Positions 35,192 through 49,629 of a stretch of DNA of 64,000 nucleotides are shown piece by piece. The notes beneath the pieces were generated by a model. It did no database searches. It had not been told where the DNA came from and was given only the letters and a program-made list of their open reading frames with translations. The number at the start of each line of letters is the position of its first letter. Positions within the stretch are counted from its first letter, which is position 1. This DNA comes from Camelus dromedarius (Eukaryota): positions 13,144,001 to 13,208,000 of the forward strand of contig NC_087442.1 of assembly GCF_036321535.1 (NCBI RefSeq). The letters are read 5' to 3'. The translations under genes and the position numbers were made by a program.

Positions 35192-35460
35192 CTGTAATAT
35201 AGGAAAGTTAATAACATTCACGGTTAGACAACTAGAAAATATTTATCTTCTGAGAGCCCTACTAACACTAGCTTTTTATGTGTGGCTATACACACAGATT
35301 TATAAATCAGCTCAAGAAGGATTAGTTTTTTATATATCCTACAGAAAAACTATTTTAGACAACATGCAGTTGCAGGATGTGTACTGCACATGTAATTCAA
35401 ATAGTCAAAGTGGGAAAGCAATGCATTCTGTTAAACAGAGTACTTCAGAAAAGCATAGGA

Positions 35461-35575
35461 TTTAGAGTAGGAATGGACCTTAAAGATTATTGAGTCCAAC
35501 TCCTTCATCCTGCAGACGAGGAAACTGAGGCCCCGAGAGGTTAAGCGACTTGCAGCAGACCCACTAGGAGAGTTT
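35461..35575 (-). mobile_element. MIR core
   Basis: CAGACGAGGAAACTGAGGCCCCGAGAGGTTAAGCGACTTGC. Confidence 0.8.
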
Positions 35576-35650
35576 CTATTGGTATACAACGTTCCCTACT
35601 TGACACTAAACATTGATTTATTTTGTAACTATTTACATTAATTGAAAAAC

Positions 35651-35847
35651 NNNNNNNNNNNNNNNNNNNNNNNNNNNNNNNNNNNNNNNNNNNNNNNNNN
35701 NNNNNNNNNNNNNNNNNNNNNNNNNNNNNNNNNNNNNNNNNNNNNNNNNNNNNNNNNNNNNNNNNNNNNNNNNNNNNNNNNNNNNNNNNNNNNNNNNNNN
35801 NNNNNNNNNNNNNNNNNNNNNNNNNNNNNNNNNNNNNNNNNNNNNNN
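35651..35847. other. Assembly gap
   Basis: 197 N. Confidence 1.
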
Positions 35848-36795
35848 ATGCCTAAATGCAACGTTAACTTTAATGACTCCGAAGGTCCCACACCTCCAAG
35901 TTTTATGTAGTCTGTGCTACATAAGGCCAAACTGGGTACATTTAAATTCATTGTCTTCATTTAACACAATACACCTCCAAAGCAACAGAAGCATCCACCC
36001 TGCTCATTAAATATCCCTATCTACTCAAAACGTTAGAGAAGCTAAGAAAAAGAAAAGTAGCTATCTCTAATAACAAAATAACAGCTGTTAGTTACAGTGG
36101 TTTTTTTTTGTTTTGTTTTTTTGTTTTGCTTAGAATCTCGTTGGGGGAAAAAATGCTTAAGGATGTTTCCTCTATGTATAATGAAAAGCGCTAGGAAATG
36201 AAGGTGTTTTATTTTAGCCTTAAATTGGTATCATCATTGATAAATGAAAACCTACTGGTGAATTACTGAAGCGAGAACTGTTGGTACCAAAATAGTTTGT
36301 AAATACCACCGTACTTCACATTGATGCCTGGAGCACTCCAAAAACTTTCATCTAGGAAGTGATTCATTTAAATTAATTTGTTTTTCACATGTCACTAACA
36401 AAAAAGGTTAAACTTTACCCCTTCCACATGGTCTTATTTTTAAGAGCTTAACTCAAAGTCAACTAAATACTGTCAATTTTAGGTGGGGTAAGATTTTGTT
36501 CAGATTGTTTTAACTTGGCTAAAAAGACTTAAAAAACATATTAATTTGTAATCAGGGTTTATAAAATTTTAAGAACAGTAATTTATAGCTAAAATGATAG
36601 CTTCAGAGTAGTTCAACAATAGGTTTTCTAGAGGCTACTCTCTAGTTAGGTTATTTTTGATACCACAATTTGGAATAATTCACTTAGTGTTCACGCCTGC
36701 TACTATAATAAAGGTTATTTTGATGGTTCTTTTTTCCTTTTAAACACAACTGCTTTTCTTCCACATTCATTAACACATCTGAAAAGTTAGTGATA

Positions 36796-37023
36796 NNNNN
36801 NNNNNNNNNNNNNNNNNNNNNNNNNNNNNNNNNNNNNNNNNNNNNNNNNNNNNNNNNNNNNNNNNNNNNNNNNNNNNNNNNNNNNNNNNNNNNNNNNNNN
36901 NNNNNNNNNNNNNNNNNNNNNNNNNNNNNNNNNNNNNNNNNNNNNNNNNNNNNNNNNNNNNNNNNNNNNNNNNNNNNNNNNNNNNNNNNNNNNNNNNNNN
37001 NNNNNNNNNNNNNNNNNNNNNNN
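36796..37023. other. Assembly gap
   Basis: 228 N. Confidence 1.
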
Positions 37024-37551
37024 AATCGATTTAAGTGTAATCCTAGAGAAGAATACGACTGATCATAGGTAAAACTCTGAGGTTTGAGCTCTGTATAGTG
37101 GTCCTTGGACCAACTAGGGCTTAAAAAAATGTTTTTTTAATAAAGTCTTTTTTCATCAAGACTTTGGTGGGGGCCTTAAGCTCATGTCAGAATGGTACTT
37201 ATGATGAGCTCACACCAGAATGATAATGATATACAGAGAGGCTTTTTGCTTCCTGGCATGTAAGAAAAAATGTTTTACTCTAAATCTGTACCCAAATTAT
37301 GCTAAGAAATTTAAAAGTAATGTAATTTTTGAAGACACAACCTTACATATCTAGGAGTCTCCCTGACACAAGTATCTAAGCTTCTCAGTAATGCAACAGC
37401 AGTACTGTTTTACTGTTTCAACAAACCAATGGCTCAAGAATATTATAAGCCAGGCCTCAGAATAAAATCAAGATTCATAGAAGTTTTACTAGTCAAACAT
37501 TTCACCAAGTAGGGCAACTGTTTTTGCTTCAGAAATCACATCTGTAAATCT

Positions 37552-37694
37552 TTTATTCATTTTTGTTTGTATTTGGGGGGGTAGTAATAGTTTATTTATT
37601 TATTTTTATTTTTTAATGGAGGTACTGGGGATTGAACCCAGGACCTCGTGCATGCTAAGCACACACTCTACCACTGAGCTATTACACTCCCCCA
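37552..37694 (-). mobile_element. tRNA-Ala-derived SINE, long form
   Basis: Full head and tail. 15-bp TSD CACA(T/A)CTGTAAATCT at 37537-37551 and 37695-37709. Confidence 0.9.
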
Positions 37695-38444
37695 CACAAC
37701 TGTAAATCTAATACTAAGACATATGTGCCTTGAAGACACTGCTATCAGATAAAATGAGTAATTCCAAATATGAATTTAACAAAATTATCCCTGATAAGCT
37801 TTAAAAAAAATTATCAGCTTCTATAAATGCCAAAAAGTATTAAGTAACTCACTGCATATGAATGGTTGCTCTGCAAACACTTGATAACTGCAGCAAACAT
37901 AACAAATACAGCTATCAAATATCAGCTGTACAGTATAGAAATCTTTATAACAATGAAATAATAAAACCCTAATAATTTGAGATGCAGAAATACCCTGAGA
38001 GGGACTAGCAACTGAGTATCTGTTTATTGATACTTTTTAAGTCTTCCTTACTAGACTTTAAGGTTAACATTTTAAAATAACTTGGCTATATATGCAGTAT
38101 TTAATAATTTGGGCTTATGCCATGAAAATATAATTTGGCTAAATCAACAAAATCTAAAATAAAAATACTGGTAATTTTGGTTTCTGTCAAGATATCTGGC
38201 CCAAACCATGTTTTTTAAAAAGAAACTAGGGTAAAATAGCACCCACTAAAAAAGGGAGAGGAGGGGTGGAACCACAACTAATAAGGAACAAATATAAATC
38301 AAATCTCCTTATAATACAAGGATTTTTTTTTATTAATTCAATGTACTTTTTCTTTGGTTTCTGCGGGTATATATTCATTATGAAAATAACCTAAGCAAAG
38401 AAATTACCCTGTTACACTAACACTGGATCCAAATCCTAGAATTA

Positions 38445-38905
38445 AGCCTATTAGTGAACATATTCTCTGTGCTTGGCAATGAGGTTACAAAGAGACATTT
38501 AAGACAAGCTCTCTACCCTCAAGGGGCCCATCATTTTGCTAGAGAAATAGGACATTTAAATGAGGTTAACAAGTAATAACAAAAGGTAGCATGATCCAAG
38601 TGCCAAATGGATGTTTGTAATGGATGAAATACTACCGAATAGCAGTACTTCAGGAATTCTAAGACTAGAATGACCACCAAGGACTGGAGAGGTTAGAGAA
38701 GGCTTCATGCAATAAGTAGAAGCCATTATTTGAAGGAAAGATAGCACTTAGACCAAAAGAAAGGAGACAGAAGAGCATTCCAAACTGGAATAATATCTTT
38801 GACAAAGCTTACAGAGGCAAGAAGGTTTGGGAAACAGTAAGTAAATCATATTTGGCTTTGGCAAATGGCTTCATGTAGAGGAATAGGAAAGTTGGGGCAA
38901 GAATA
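38445..38905 (-). mobile_element. L2 fragment
   Basis: GTGCTTGGCAATGAGG...CTACCCTCAAGGGGCCCA...GAAGAGCATTCCAAACTGG, a degenerate L2 pattern. Confidence 0.6.
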
Positions 38906-39656
38906 ATATTTGGAGATAAAATCTGATTTTTTTTCTTCAATTAGGTTTTTTTAAAGGTGTAAACAAAGTAAAAAAAAAAAAAAGTGTAAAAATAATGGGG
39001 CAGAGATTAGACCAAGTTATTTGAGTTAACAACAAAATGCCCAAACCATAAAACATGGAAGTCTCACTTCTCTACAACTTCCATAATACTAATTAATTAG
39101 GCTTTGTACATAATTACAATGACAAGTTTTGAGATTAAAAACGATTTAGAACTTTGGAAGAAGTGTTCTTCATTTGAATGAAAGCATCAAAATTTCTATT
39201 AATATTTTCTACCAAACTACTTACTTCAGAGGAACAACTCTCTTAACCTCTTTTTGTTGTTCAATCTCTTCATGAATTATAACCTATATTTGGGAACACC
39301 TGAGTCACAGGTGTACAGTAGAAACTGGAAAGCATCATTATTCCTCTCAAGGTCTTCCTTGACAGACAGAGCCTGAGATGGTACTGAGGCAGTTTCACCT
39401 AGTGAATACAGACAGGCTACTCTATAAAGGAGGCTTCTGTCCAAACTGTACGCAAATACTTTTATTCTCAAAATCCCCTTCAATCCATGGGGAGGCAAGA
39501 AAAAGCCTACTGTAAATTCCAACACTGCCATTTTACGGTCCTGCCTTTTCTGAAATAGCCTTACACTTAAGTTAGTTAACACTTAAAATCTTGGCCTAGA
39601 TGGTATCTGACATCATTTTACATAGTGCATGCTATTTACCCAATATCCACCCCCTC

Positions 39657-39916
39657 NNNNNNNNNNNNNNNNNNNNNNNNNNNNNNNNNNNNNNNNNNNN
39701 NNNNNNNNNNNNNNNNNNNNNNNNNNNNNNNNNNNNNNNNNNNNNNNNNNNNNNNNNNNNNNNNNNNNNNNNNNNNNNNNNNNNNNNNNNNNNNNNNNNN
39801 NNNNNNNNNNNNNNNNNNNNNNNNNNNNNNNNNNNNNNNNNNNNNNNNNNNNNNNNNNNNNNNNNNNNNNNNNNNNNNNNNNNNNNNNNNNNNNNNNNNN
39901 NNNNNNNNNNNNNNNN
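39657..39916. other. Assembly gap
   Basis: 260 N. Confidence 1.
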
Positions 39917-42900
39917 GCAGAATCCTTATTTTACTGCATATTATCAGGCATTAATGGCAAGCAATTTATAAAAACAACTAATTAGTATTTCTTCTGTACA
40001 GAATTAGCTTAGAGCTTAGCTTAGAGAAAACAGAGAGGAGAAAACTCAACAGCACACAAAGCAAATGGAAGCATCCCCTAGTTTGTAAATGGAGCCAGGA
40101 GAGGGAAAGCTCTCCCACATTCTCCAATGTGACAAAGCAAGCCCTCCCCACAGGTATACTCGTTAGGGGCCATGTGTCATTGTTGGCTTGGGACAGGGTA
40201 GGCACATTCCCTCCAAAATAAATTTCATACCCTTTCAGTAAAAGGAAAGCCAGAGCTAGAAAAAACGGTGTATAAGTGTAAAGCTTCTCATTTCCCTGTG
40301 CCCTCAAATCCTCAAATATGCCATCTTCTTACTACCATTTCCCACTTTATAAGCGATGAGTCCACATAATAATGTGGGAACTATATAAAGACCAATTTCT
40401 ACTCTAGTACAGAGAAGGAAGAGACCTGTCCTGTACTAGTGAACACGTTATGCCTTCATGTGGAACCAAAGTAAAAGCTACTGCTGTACACTATTATAGT
40501 AAAGAGGTTAATTTGATCACTTTTACATCCTCCTCCAATAGTCTTACCAACTCCACTAACTTCTCCCACCTACCTTTGTTGTTCCTTTAGAATTTAGCCT
40601 AAAGCTCACCTATAAGAACCCTTTTGAAATTAACCTAAAAAAAAAAACTTATTACTCCGTGTTACCTTGTTAATAATAAATATAGTTTAATTCATTTTAT
40701 ATTTATACAGTTCAAAGTACAGGGTTTGTCTTATGAAAGAATTCACTACCATGTCTTAATATGATTATTGATGCTTTGAAAACATTTAATATGACTTGAC
40801 ACATGTCAAATTTTCCAGGAATATATTACATAAGGAAAGGAAAGAAAAAATACTCAGCCAAAGATGGCAGTGGGAAAAACTAATTTAAGGCATTTTCCTT
40901 CCAAATGTAGTATCAAGTCACTTTTCTAATAGAACTGATAAAATCATACTGAGTAGCAGTAGAGGCTTTCCTTTCCCCCAGAAAATGCAAAAATAAGGGT
41001 ACTGAAAGGCTATCCTTAATTCTTTCATATGGTCCTATAGGTTTATCATTACGAACAGGTACTAATATCACACCACCATCATCCCCTTGACAAGCCCGAC
41101 ATTTTAAAAATGCAATGCCCATTGCAGAAGAAATTTCCAGAACAAGTTCATTCTTGCTGCGTATGATCAAAGATTAACAATGCTAAAATAATTTTTTAAA
41201 TCTACCAGCCTACTAGTCTATGAAAATCCATATAACAAAATTATAAGGAATGAGACTGGAAAACAGCCTTGGTAGTAGGTGGAAAAGCTTACACGGTCTT
41301 TAAGAGCTAACAGAATGGTGAAGGAAATGTGTGAACTGAAATGAGACTACAGCAGCTACATTCCGAGGGCTCTATTCCACCCCCTGCCACAACCCTGTCT
41401 CCTCTCATTATATAAGCACAGTTTTGGCCACTGGCAGGGGTCAGTGCTGTCACATTTCTGCCAGGAGGATACATGCTTTAGGAAATCAATCATATTTCTC
41501 CTCTCAGATTTAAGACATACATTAGAAAAGCTTGAATAGTTAACTATAAATCAAACCCTAAAAGGATTATATACAATCTGTTTTTAGTATATGTCATAAA
41601 GGAAAGTTAGTCATTAAAAAGTTGCAGCCTGCTACATTTTATATTTTGATACTTACTTGCAGAGCTGCAATTCTGATACAAGAACACTCATACTCTGGAT
41701 ATCTGGAGACTTCTACCATCCAGAACTTTCTATACCCAAAATGAGAAGTAATGAAAGCTATCTTTGGCTACGAATAGCTGAAAAGAATCAAAGAAAAGTA
41801 ATTGTCTATTTTAAAACAAATTAAGACTAATTTGTCATTAAAGAGACAAGTGCTCATTGGCTGGTGATTGCTATAAAAGCTAAGCAGAGCCTCCCCAAAT
41901 CTAAAACCAACGAAGGAAAGAAATAAAGAGAAAAGAAATGAGAATATCGAAGGACAGAGGTGACAGACAACTCAATGATAAAGGAAGTTAAAATGAAAAA
42001 CAGATTTACCATGAAGGAGACTGAGCCTTACAACTACTGAAACAACACAGCAAAAATACTGTGACAAATTCACAAGAATTGCCTTTGGGGAAAGGACTGA
42101 GACTGTGAAGAGGGACATAAAGGACTTCATTTGTAATGCTTTTTTTTTTTTAATTTGCGGGAAACATACAAAATAACATTTGTTCATTCTTATAGGTGTT
42201 TGATGGCCTTTTATATTTTTTAAACACTTTTTTCCAAAATTAGACACCTACATGCAATCGGTATCACAAAATTTATTAAAAATAAACGTAACTGTTCATG
42301 TGTACATCTTCACTCCCCTCTAGACTTTCAGTCCCTGTAGGACTGGAGTCCTATGTTACTACTTCATTGCAGTCAAACGAGAATAGAAGCAAATTCGTCC
42401 ATCATCTCTAAGAAAAGTAAAGGGAGAAATAACTGAAGCAGCTCAGCAACCTAGAGATATTCACGAAAGTAAGATTCTAGCCCCACTGATAATTACTACA
42501 CTCTGAATACATCAGCCAATATCAGAACACCATGTCTTGGGAAGTATTCCCTCTAATACTATCAGGCAAATTAAATAATTTATTTTCATGCTAAAATTTC
42601 TCATAATACAAATACATGGTTTCTAAAATCTGAGGTGAATCAACTGTTTTCCTAGTAAGCATGCCCTGCTAGTTTTCTGTCCATAACTTAGAATCACAGC
42701 ACTTCCCCCCAGTTTCTAGTCCAGTTTTCTCTGATAAGCAGCTTTTCCCACAGCCAGCACTTTTTCACACTTCCACTGTGGAAGAGGTTGGTGAAATCCT
42801 GCAGAATTCCTGACCACTATGGAATAAAGCATTAATGGAGAGGTAAAATCAAGCTAACTGAGGTAGCTTCATCCTAGAAGTCTAAATGGGCCCCTCTAGG

Positions 42901-43415
42901 GACTTCTAGATCTATCTCACAGGTGTGTACTTCTGTCTATTTCTAAGGAAAAGTCATTTCTACTCAGGGGCTTAGGTATAACAGTTCAAACAGTTTTCCT
43001 CTCACTGAGAAACTAGAATAGTATTTCCTGAAGAATGGGATTTGTACAGAAAGTGATTTTAGGTGTTATACGATTTCACCAACATGACATTTTAAACACC
43101 ACTTGATTGAGTTAGTGGTGATTATCATGATGAAGAAAAAAATTTCCATCTGGCACTTAGTATTTAATTAACACATCTAAGGAGTTCTAATTTGTAGTAT
43201 AGGTTAAGTGACAAAAGAGTCTAGTTATCTCTTGTAACACTGTGTTTTCACCGTATTTATTTTTCTGATGATATACTTTCATTTTAAAATTAGCTTATAT
43301 TTTTAGAAAAGTGAGTTGACATAAAGAAAAAATATTAAACAAAAAGAAAACAGGGTAAAAAGAAAAAAGTAAAGATGATATATGTGACTATCATTTGGGA
43401 AACATTTATTCAGAA

Positions 43416-43606
43416 CAGGGTTTCTCAAAATTTCATGTGCATTAGTCACGTGGAAGGCTTCTTAAAACACAGATTACTGGCCCCCAATCCCAAAACCTCT
43501 GATTTGGTAGGCCAGGGGTGGGTCCAAGAATGTGTGTTGTGTTTCTAACAAGTTCCCAGGTGATGCTAGGCTGCTGATCTGGGCATCACACTTTTGAGAA
43601 ACACTG
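43416..43606 (+). mobile_element. MER5A-like hAT-Charlie MITE
   Basis: CAGGGTTTCTCAAA...TTTCTAACAAGTTCCCAGGTGATGCT...TTTGAGAAACACTG with terminal inverted repeats. Confidence 0.85.
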
Positions 43607-43614
43607 ATCTAGAA

Positions 43615-43812
43615 CAATGGTCAACAAGCTTTTCCTTAAAGGGCCAGACAGCAAATATTCTGAGTTTGCCAGCTATACGTCTATGTTGCAATTACCCAAC
43701 TATGCTGTTGTAAGGCAAAGCAGCCACAGACAATATGTACACAAATGGGCATGACTGTGTTCCAATAAAACTTTATTTAAAAAAAACAGGTAGGCCATAG
43801 TGCCAACTCCCA
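43615..43812 (-). mobile_element. MER58A-like hAT-Charlie MITE
   Basis: AAAGGGCCAGACAGCAAATATT...GTGTTCCAATAAAACTTTATT. Confidence 0.8.
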
Positions 43813-46749
43813 TCTAAAAAATACCCTCCTCAAGTAACTGAACAGGGTACGTTGTATAACATAATAGTAGAACAGAATATAAAAGCAGCTGAGCAACTAG
43901 GTATAGACACTATAGATACTATCCAATAAATATCCAACATATCTTATTGAAAGGTAAAGGTTTGGGAAGTTTAACTCTGAAAGAAAAAACTGATGTCTGC
44001 AGAAAACCAAGGTCTCAAAAAGACAAAAACAAAACAATTTACCATGTAATCAGGAGACATGACAAAAGACTCAGAAAGGGCAGCTCGTTAAACGCTTTTC
44101 ATATTGAATCACAGAGGTCAAACATCATTGCACATGGTTCACAACTAAATTAGAACATACGGATCAGTATCTACTGAGTGTTTTTTAAGAAAAAAGTTTT
44201 GAAGACTCCTTCCTCTAGGCCATGTTATACATATATATGTATATATGTATATGGCCATGTTGTTGTAAACAGCAAAATATAACATTTACTCAGTTGACTG
44301 AGCTACATGTTACTTTCTGATGGCTTTGACTTTTCAAAGTCATAAGTTATTCTATTATAACAAACACATGAGGCTGTAGCCAATTTCAGAGTTTTTACAA
44401 AGTATTTTTCTCTACATTCTCTATAATTTTACAAAACTGCTTAACTGATCTATTTTGGCCTCACCGTCTAATTCTATCCCAGCAGCTGCTAGTGTTTGAG
44501 AATTTAAACTGAAGAGGAACAGAATGACATTTCTGCAGGTGCTGAATCCATAAGATCCGCGTCAAGTATAAACTTATCCTATCCCTCACTCCCTCGTTCT
44601 TTCTCCAGCAAATGTTTCAACTTTCATCTTCTTAGTCTACAATTTCTTAGTAGCCTGATTATTAAGTTGGGTAGTAGAATCACTTATGTGTCCTTGATGA
44701 AAATATTAACAGCCCTGGGGTTTTAGGATTCAGTCCATTTCAAGCACCTTTCTAAAATTCCATTTGTGAGGAGCACCTGCCTAATCTACCTAGTCTTACC
44801 CACACTTACTATTTGAAGCCATCTGCATATCTGCAACTTTTAACACCTGCCTGAACCCTTAGCAACCTGAAGCTTTAATGTGTATGAATCACCTGGTACT
44901 GAATACTCTGACCCACTAAACCTCACCCTCATCCATGACAGTTACTTGTTCTTGACTTCCTGCTACCTATCTTGAACAGGCAGCTCACTATTTATCCTTA
45001 CATGACATCTTATCCAACCAAATCAAAGCATTTACTTATTGCTTATAGAACTTACGCAGTGATAGAGAATATGATTTTTCTTTGGTTTCAATTTATTTTT
45101 TTACCCGAAGCAAAAGTGTGTCTCAGAAGCACAGGTTTCCTTGAGGAGAGCTAAACTGTAGAGAATCCAAAAACAATGCAGAGTTGTGGAAGGCGATACT
45201 ATTATTGTTTTCTGGGTTGTTCTGTAGATAGAAATATTATTCAGAGTTCAAAATGAGTTAAAGTATTTTAAAACGGATTCACTATGTGGGTGTTAACAGA
45301 GCTTTCAGCGTTTTGATATGCCTGAATCGCTGATAAAATCAAACATTTACTAAAACTCTGTTTAACCTTACGTTTAACTACTGTTCAACCTTATGTTTGC
45401 TAAAATTTCTTATAAAGAATTTAAAGAATTTACAAGCTCTGGAATTAGATACATCCCATTATTATTCAAAAAATGTGCACTTGTACATTAAAGGCTACGC
45501 CTCCTTCACTTAAAATGAACAAGCCAAGTGGAATAGAAGAATGACTTACAACTGACCAAGAAATAAATATGGTTCATACGTTAATGAGAGAAAATGAAAA
45601 GAAAATGCTCTCAATGTTGATGACAAGCAAGGAACAGAGATTACAGCAAAGATGATTTTATGAAGAAAATCCACTAAAGAAAACACTACTTCAACCTTTG
45701 ATTCAGTAATTTATTTTGCAGAAAGGCAGCAATGTCATACCGTCCTATAGGTTCAAGAGTCACGTATCCCTAACCTTATATTAGAAAGAAGCAAATGACT
45801 TTCTGAACTGTATTTTCCTGAGTATCTCCTAGGATGCATTATCCTTTTAACTTTATATCCTGTAAACTGCAACTACTATACAATGTAAGTGAATGGAATA
45901 AATATTAAGTTATGATTAATATATTCTATTAACTGAGGAAGAACATTGTATGTTCAGAAAGATTACCATCAAAAATAGCTAAAATTATCTGAAAGCTTTA
46001 ACTTGCCCTAAACATTCCCTAACCAAAAAGGACAACTAATAATGCTGTAAAATTCAATTCTATATTCTACATTCTATTAGTCTACTGGTTGTTTTTAAGG
46101 GCAGACTGTCATTTCTGGCCTGTTTAACCTTTCAGAGATGGTCTCCGCTCCCATTTAAAGGTTACAGGCAATTAAGAGATATGGAATCCTCAAAACTACC
46201 TTCTGTAACTTCCCTAGTTTCTAAACTTAGGATACAATCTAAATTCACATCCTCAATTGTGTTTAATTCCTATCCCTCAAAACTTGCAAGGCCTTTCTGG
46301 GATCAGGACCAGAGACTTCTCATAACCAAACTGTATCTGTTGGCAAATGGGCTTTAGCTAAGGGATATCCTTGTAATTAAACCAACTCAACAAAAATGAC
46401 TGCAGTCTATGGGAGGATACTGAGTTCCTCCAACCACCACACAGACAATTCAGCTAAATTGATGTTTGAATTTTTCCAGGGTTGTTCCTCCCTGCTGTCA
46501 AATGGACTATGTTCTGGGAAAACAAATGATCCTTCTCCCTTCTATTAATGCTAACAACTAAAACAAAGGTATTGAGAAAATTTAATGTATTTTAAACTTC
46601 AGATAAAATAAGATACTAATTTATATCTACTTATGGTTCCTCTCTTCTAAAAAACTTAAAATATATTTATTTTTCAACATTTCTGAGGATAACATAGGAA
46701 ATTATTTGGCTTCTCATTTAACGAATTATAGATTTAACTTCAGGCAAAA

Positions 46750-47081
46750 NNNNNNNNNNNNNNNNNNNNNNNNNNNNNNNNNNNNNNNNNNNNNNNNNNN
46801 NNNNNNNNNNNNNNNNNNNNNNNNNNNNNNNNNNNNNNNNNNNNNNNNNNNNNNNNNNNNNNNNNNNNNNNNNNNNNNNNNNNNNNNNNNNNNNNNNNNN
46901 NNNNNNNNNNNNNNNNNNNNNNNNNNNNNNNNNNNNNNNNNNNNNNNNNNNNNNNNNNNNNNNNNNNNNNNNNNNNNNNNNNNNNNNNNNNNNNNNNNNN
47001 NNNNNNNNNNNNNNNNNNNNNNNNNNNNNNNNNNNNNNNNNNNNNNNNNNNNNNNNNNNNNNNNNNNNNNNNNNNNNNNNN
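46750..47081. other. Assembly gap
   Basis: 332 N. Confidence 1.
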
Positions 47082-47595
47082 CCCTCCCACTTCCCTTATG
47101 CATTCCTCTCCCACCTCCTGGTCATCCCCCTGCCCAGCCTCCCAGTGCCATCATGCTGCCCTCTGGTTGTTCAAAGCCTCCCACTTTCACCGCTCACCCA
47201 GCACTGGCCTTCCTGGAAGTGCCCAATGATCCAAAATTACCTCTCCATTTCCCTACTACTAAAACTCCTATTTCTGAGAATTTCAGTAAAGTTTAGGTAA
47301 TCTCCATAATTAACTGATTTAAGTCATTCAAAATAAGTTATATTTAACAGACATATCTCCAAGGAGTTTAAAAAGGAACTAATTAAAAACTCTAATTTGG
47401 GGGAGGAAAGGAGGAAATCAATCTTTCATTAGGGGGTGGGGGAGGTGAAAGCGAAAGTGCCCTTGGCCTCCTTTGCTGCTTCAGTTTCCCTCACAGACAG
47501 GACACTAGGAGTTGAGGGGGTGGTTACTGCCACCCTGAGTCCCACTATCCAAAGACAGTGATTGTTTTATAGTTAGTCTCTGGGAATAAGAAAAA

Positions 47596-47670
47596 TATGT
47601 ATATATATATACATATATTACTACACAAATAAAATATATATATATATATATTTATTTATTTATTTATATA
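47596..47670. repeat. (TA)n/(TTTA)n low-complexity tract
   Basis: Read directly from the sequence. Confidence 0.85.
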
Positions 47671-49629
47671 TTGGACAGAGCTGCCTTAAATACCCTCCTA
47701 CCTACCTTTTTCATGTCTCTCCTACCTCTTGGATCCCCATTTCCACATCTTAGTGCCAAAGACACCCAACAGAATTCCCTGTAAGCTGTTCCTGTGTCCA
47801 ATACAAAACTTCCCATTATATGGTTTCAAATTACATGGTGTTATTCAGAAAGGTATCCATGTTTCCCTATCCCTGGATAACTTGAAGTTGATTGTACAAT
47901 AAAAAAAAAAAAATCCTAATTATTTAAAGGTCCTGAATCATAACATAAAATATGTAAACTCATTTACTATCTGGTAAGAAGGAAAAGAATACTGATTCTT
48001 ATCTTATTTACATAAAAGAACTAATTTGAAAATCTAAAAAAACATTCAATTCTTTTCCTTGAAAGTAGTATGTTTCTTTCTTCTGGCCCAACACAGCAGT
48101 GAAAATCCAGTCATTTCAGTTAAATAATACTGTGGACTTGTAAACATGAGTTCACTGGTAAATCCTCTTAGTCTGAAGGCAAAAAAAAATCCAGTAACAG
48201 ACACAGAAAAATATAAATTTATTTGTAATACAAAGCACAGTGGATTTTAAGAAATCCAAGTTTCTGCTGATTACACACACAGGAAAAAATATATATATGT
48301 ATGTATACACATACTTTAATTTAGCTTTGCAATACTAGATTGTGCCTAGTTTGGAAATTTATCAGGTGATCATAGTTACTTTGATCCAACTACCCTCCCA
48401 GTAAAATTAGGAAATTCAATCCACGTAGAAGGTACCAAAAATGGCATCCATCTAGGAATAAAAGGATCATCTAAAGTAAGTCTTGAATGATTTCTATAAT
48501 TTTACTACAAAGATTATTCTGCCAGCTAAAAACCTGGATTAAGCCCCTTCTCAATATCATCTTCATAATGGAAAAGGAGCAATATTAAGACAAGCTGCAG
48601 TTATAAAAAAAACCATTCTTACCTAACAGTGAAAAATGATAATTGGTAGAAGTTTCTCCAGTGGCATTTTTAATTGATGTTAACTTTCAAGGGTTTACTA
48701 CACAAATAAAATTCATTTCCTTCCCAAACTTCCCCTCCTCTCTATGCAACCACAAGTAGGTTTACGATCTTTACCTATTATTCTAAACAGTCTATAAAGA
48801 AAAGTTCCAAATATGAGTTTTATTAAAACTGAACTATGAACACTGAAAAACCAAAGTATGCACTGCTAAAAACATATTAATTCAATAAAATGTTTTTAAT
48901 CTACTCGCATATTTTGCTGCAGAGCACTCAAGAAAATTATTATACCCATTGTTAAAAAGTGTGCCTTTTCTCTTAGGTCAAGCAATTAAAATAACTTGTC
49001 AAGAAAAAAGCATTTCTTTATTGGCTAAGAAACCATTCGCCTAAACAAGCAACATACAAAAATGAGCAAGTGTTTGGCTTTTTTAAGAGAGAAAGTACTA
49101 GACTAGATCTTTCCTCCCTATTAGCATGGATTTGAGTCGAATTTCAAAGAGTACATTACTAATCATCACCAAAAAGCAACAGCATCTATCTCATCTTTTT
49201 GTTTAGAAATTCTCTTTATGACAAAAAGATATCGAGTAATTAGTGGTTTTCTATACAGATTCTAACCTAAGCGCCTGAAAGGATCGTTGTTTCCCTCAAT
49301 TCTACTTCACTGGGCACCACATTTTCAAAATGGTTCTATTTGGGGCACATGTAAGGTTTGTCAATATTTACTGAACAAAGCCTCTATTAAATTGTCTAAC
49401 AAAATGGAGGTCTCTCGGAAAAAAACAGGCCGTTAACATTTTTCTTTTCACAAAATGGGCCAAACACACCCACTTCAAGAACCATGGTTTGGGTCAGATT
49501 TTCCCTTAAGGATGGTTGTTTCCGTGAGGGGATCAAGAATGCATCTCTAGGACTGGATTCCTAGCAAAGGTTTCCTCGGACCCAGGTAAGGGCTGGGTTG
49601 GGGGTGGGAACCACTTCTCTCTGGACACT

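Noticed and set aside
40913-41170. 85-aa ORF with a plausible composition
   Set aside because: No recognisable homology, no supporting splice sites or promoter, and length is within chance.
41425-41446. CTCF-like TGGCCACTGGCAGGGGTCAGTG
   Set aside because: Core spacing does not fit the CCAC-AG-GGGC consensus.
45292-45366. Imperfect hairpin (GTTAACAGAG / CTCTGTTTAAC with inner TCAGCG / CGCTGA)
   Set aside because: Arms are short and interrupted by a large asymmetric bulge; not enough for a miRNA or MITE call.
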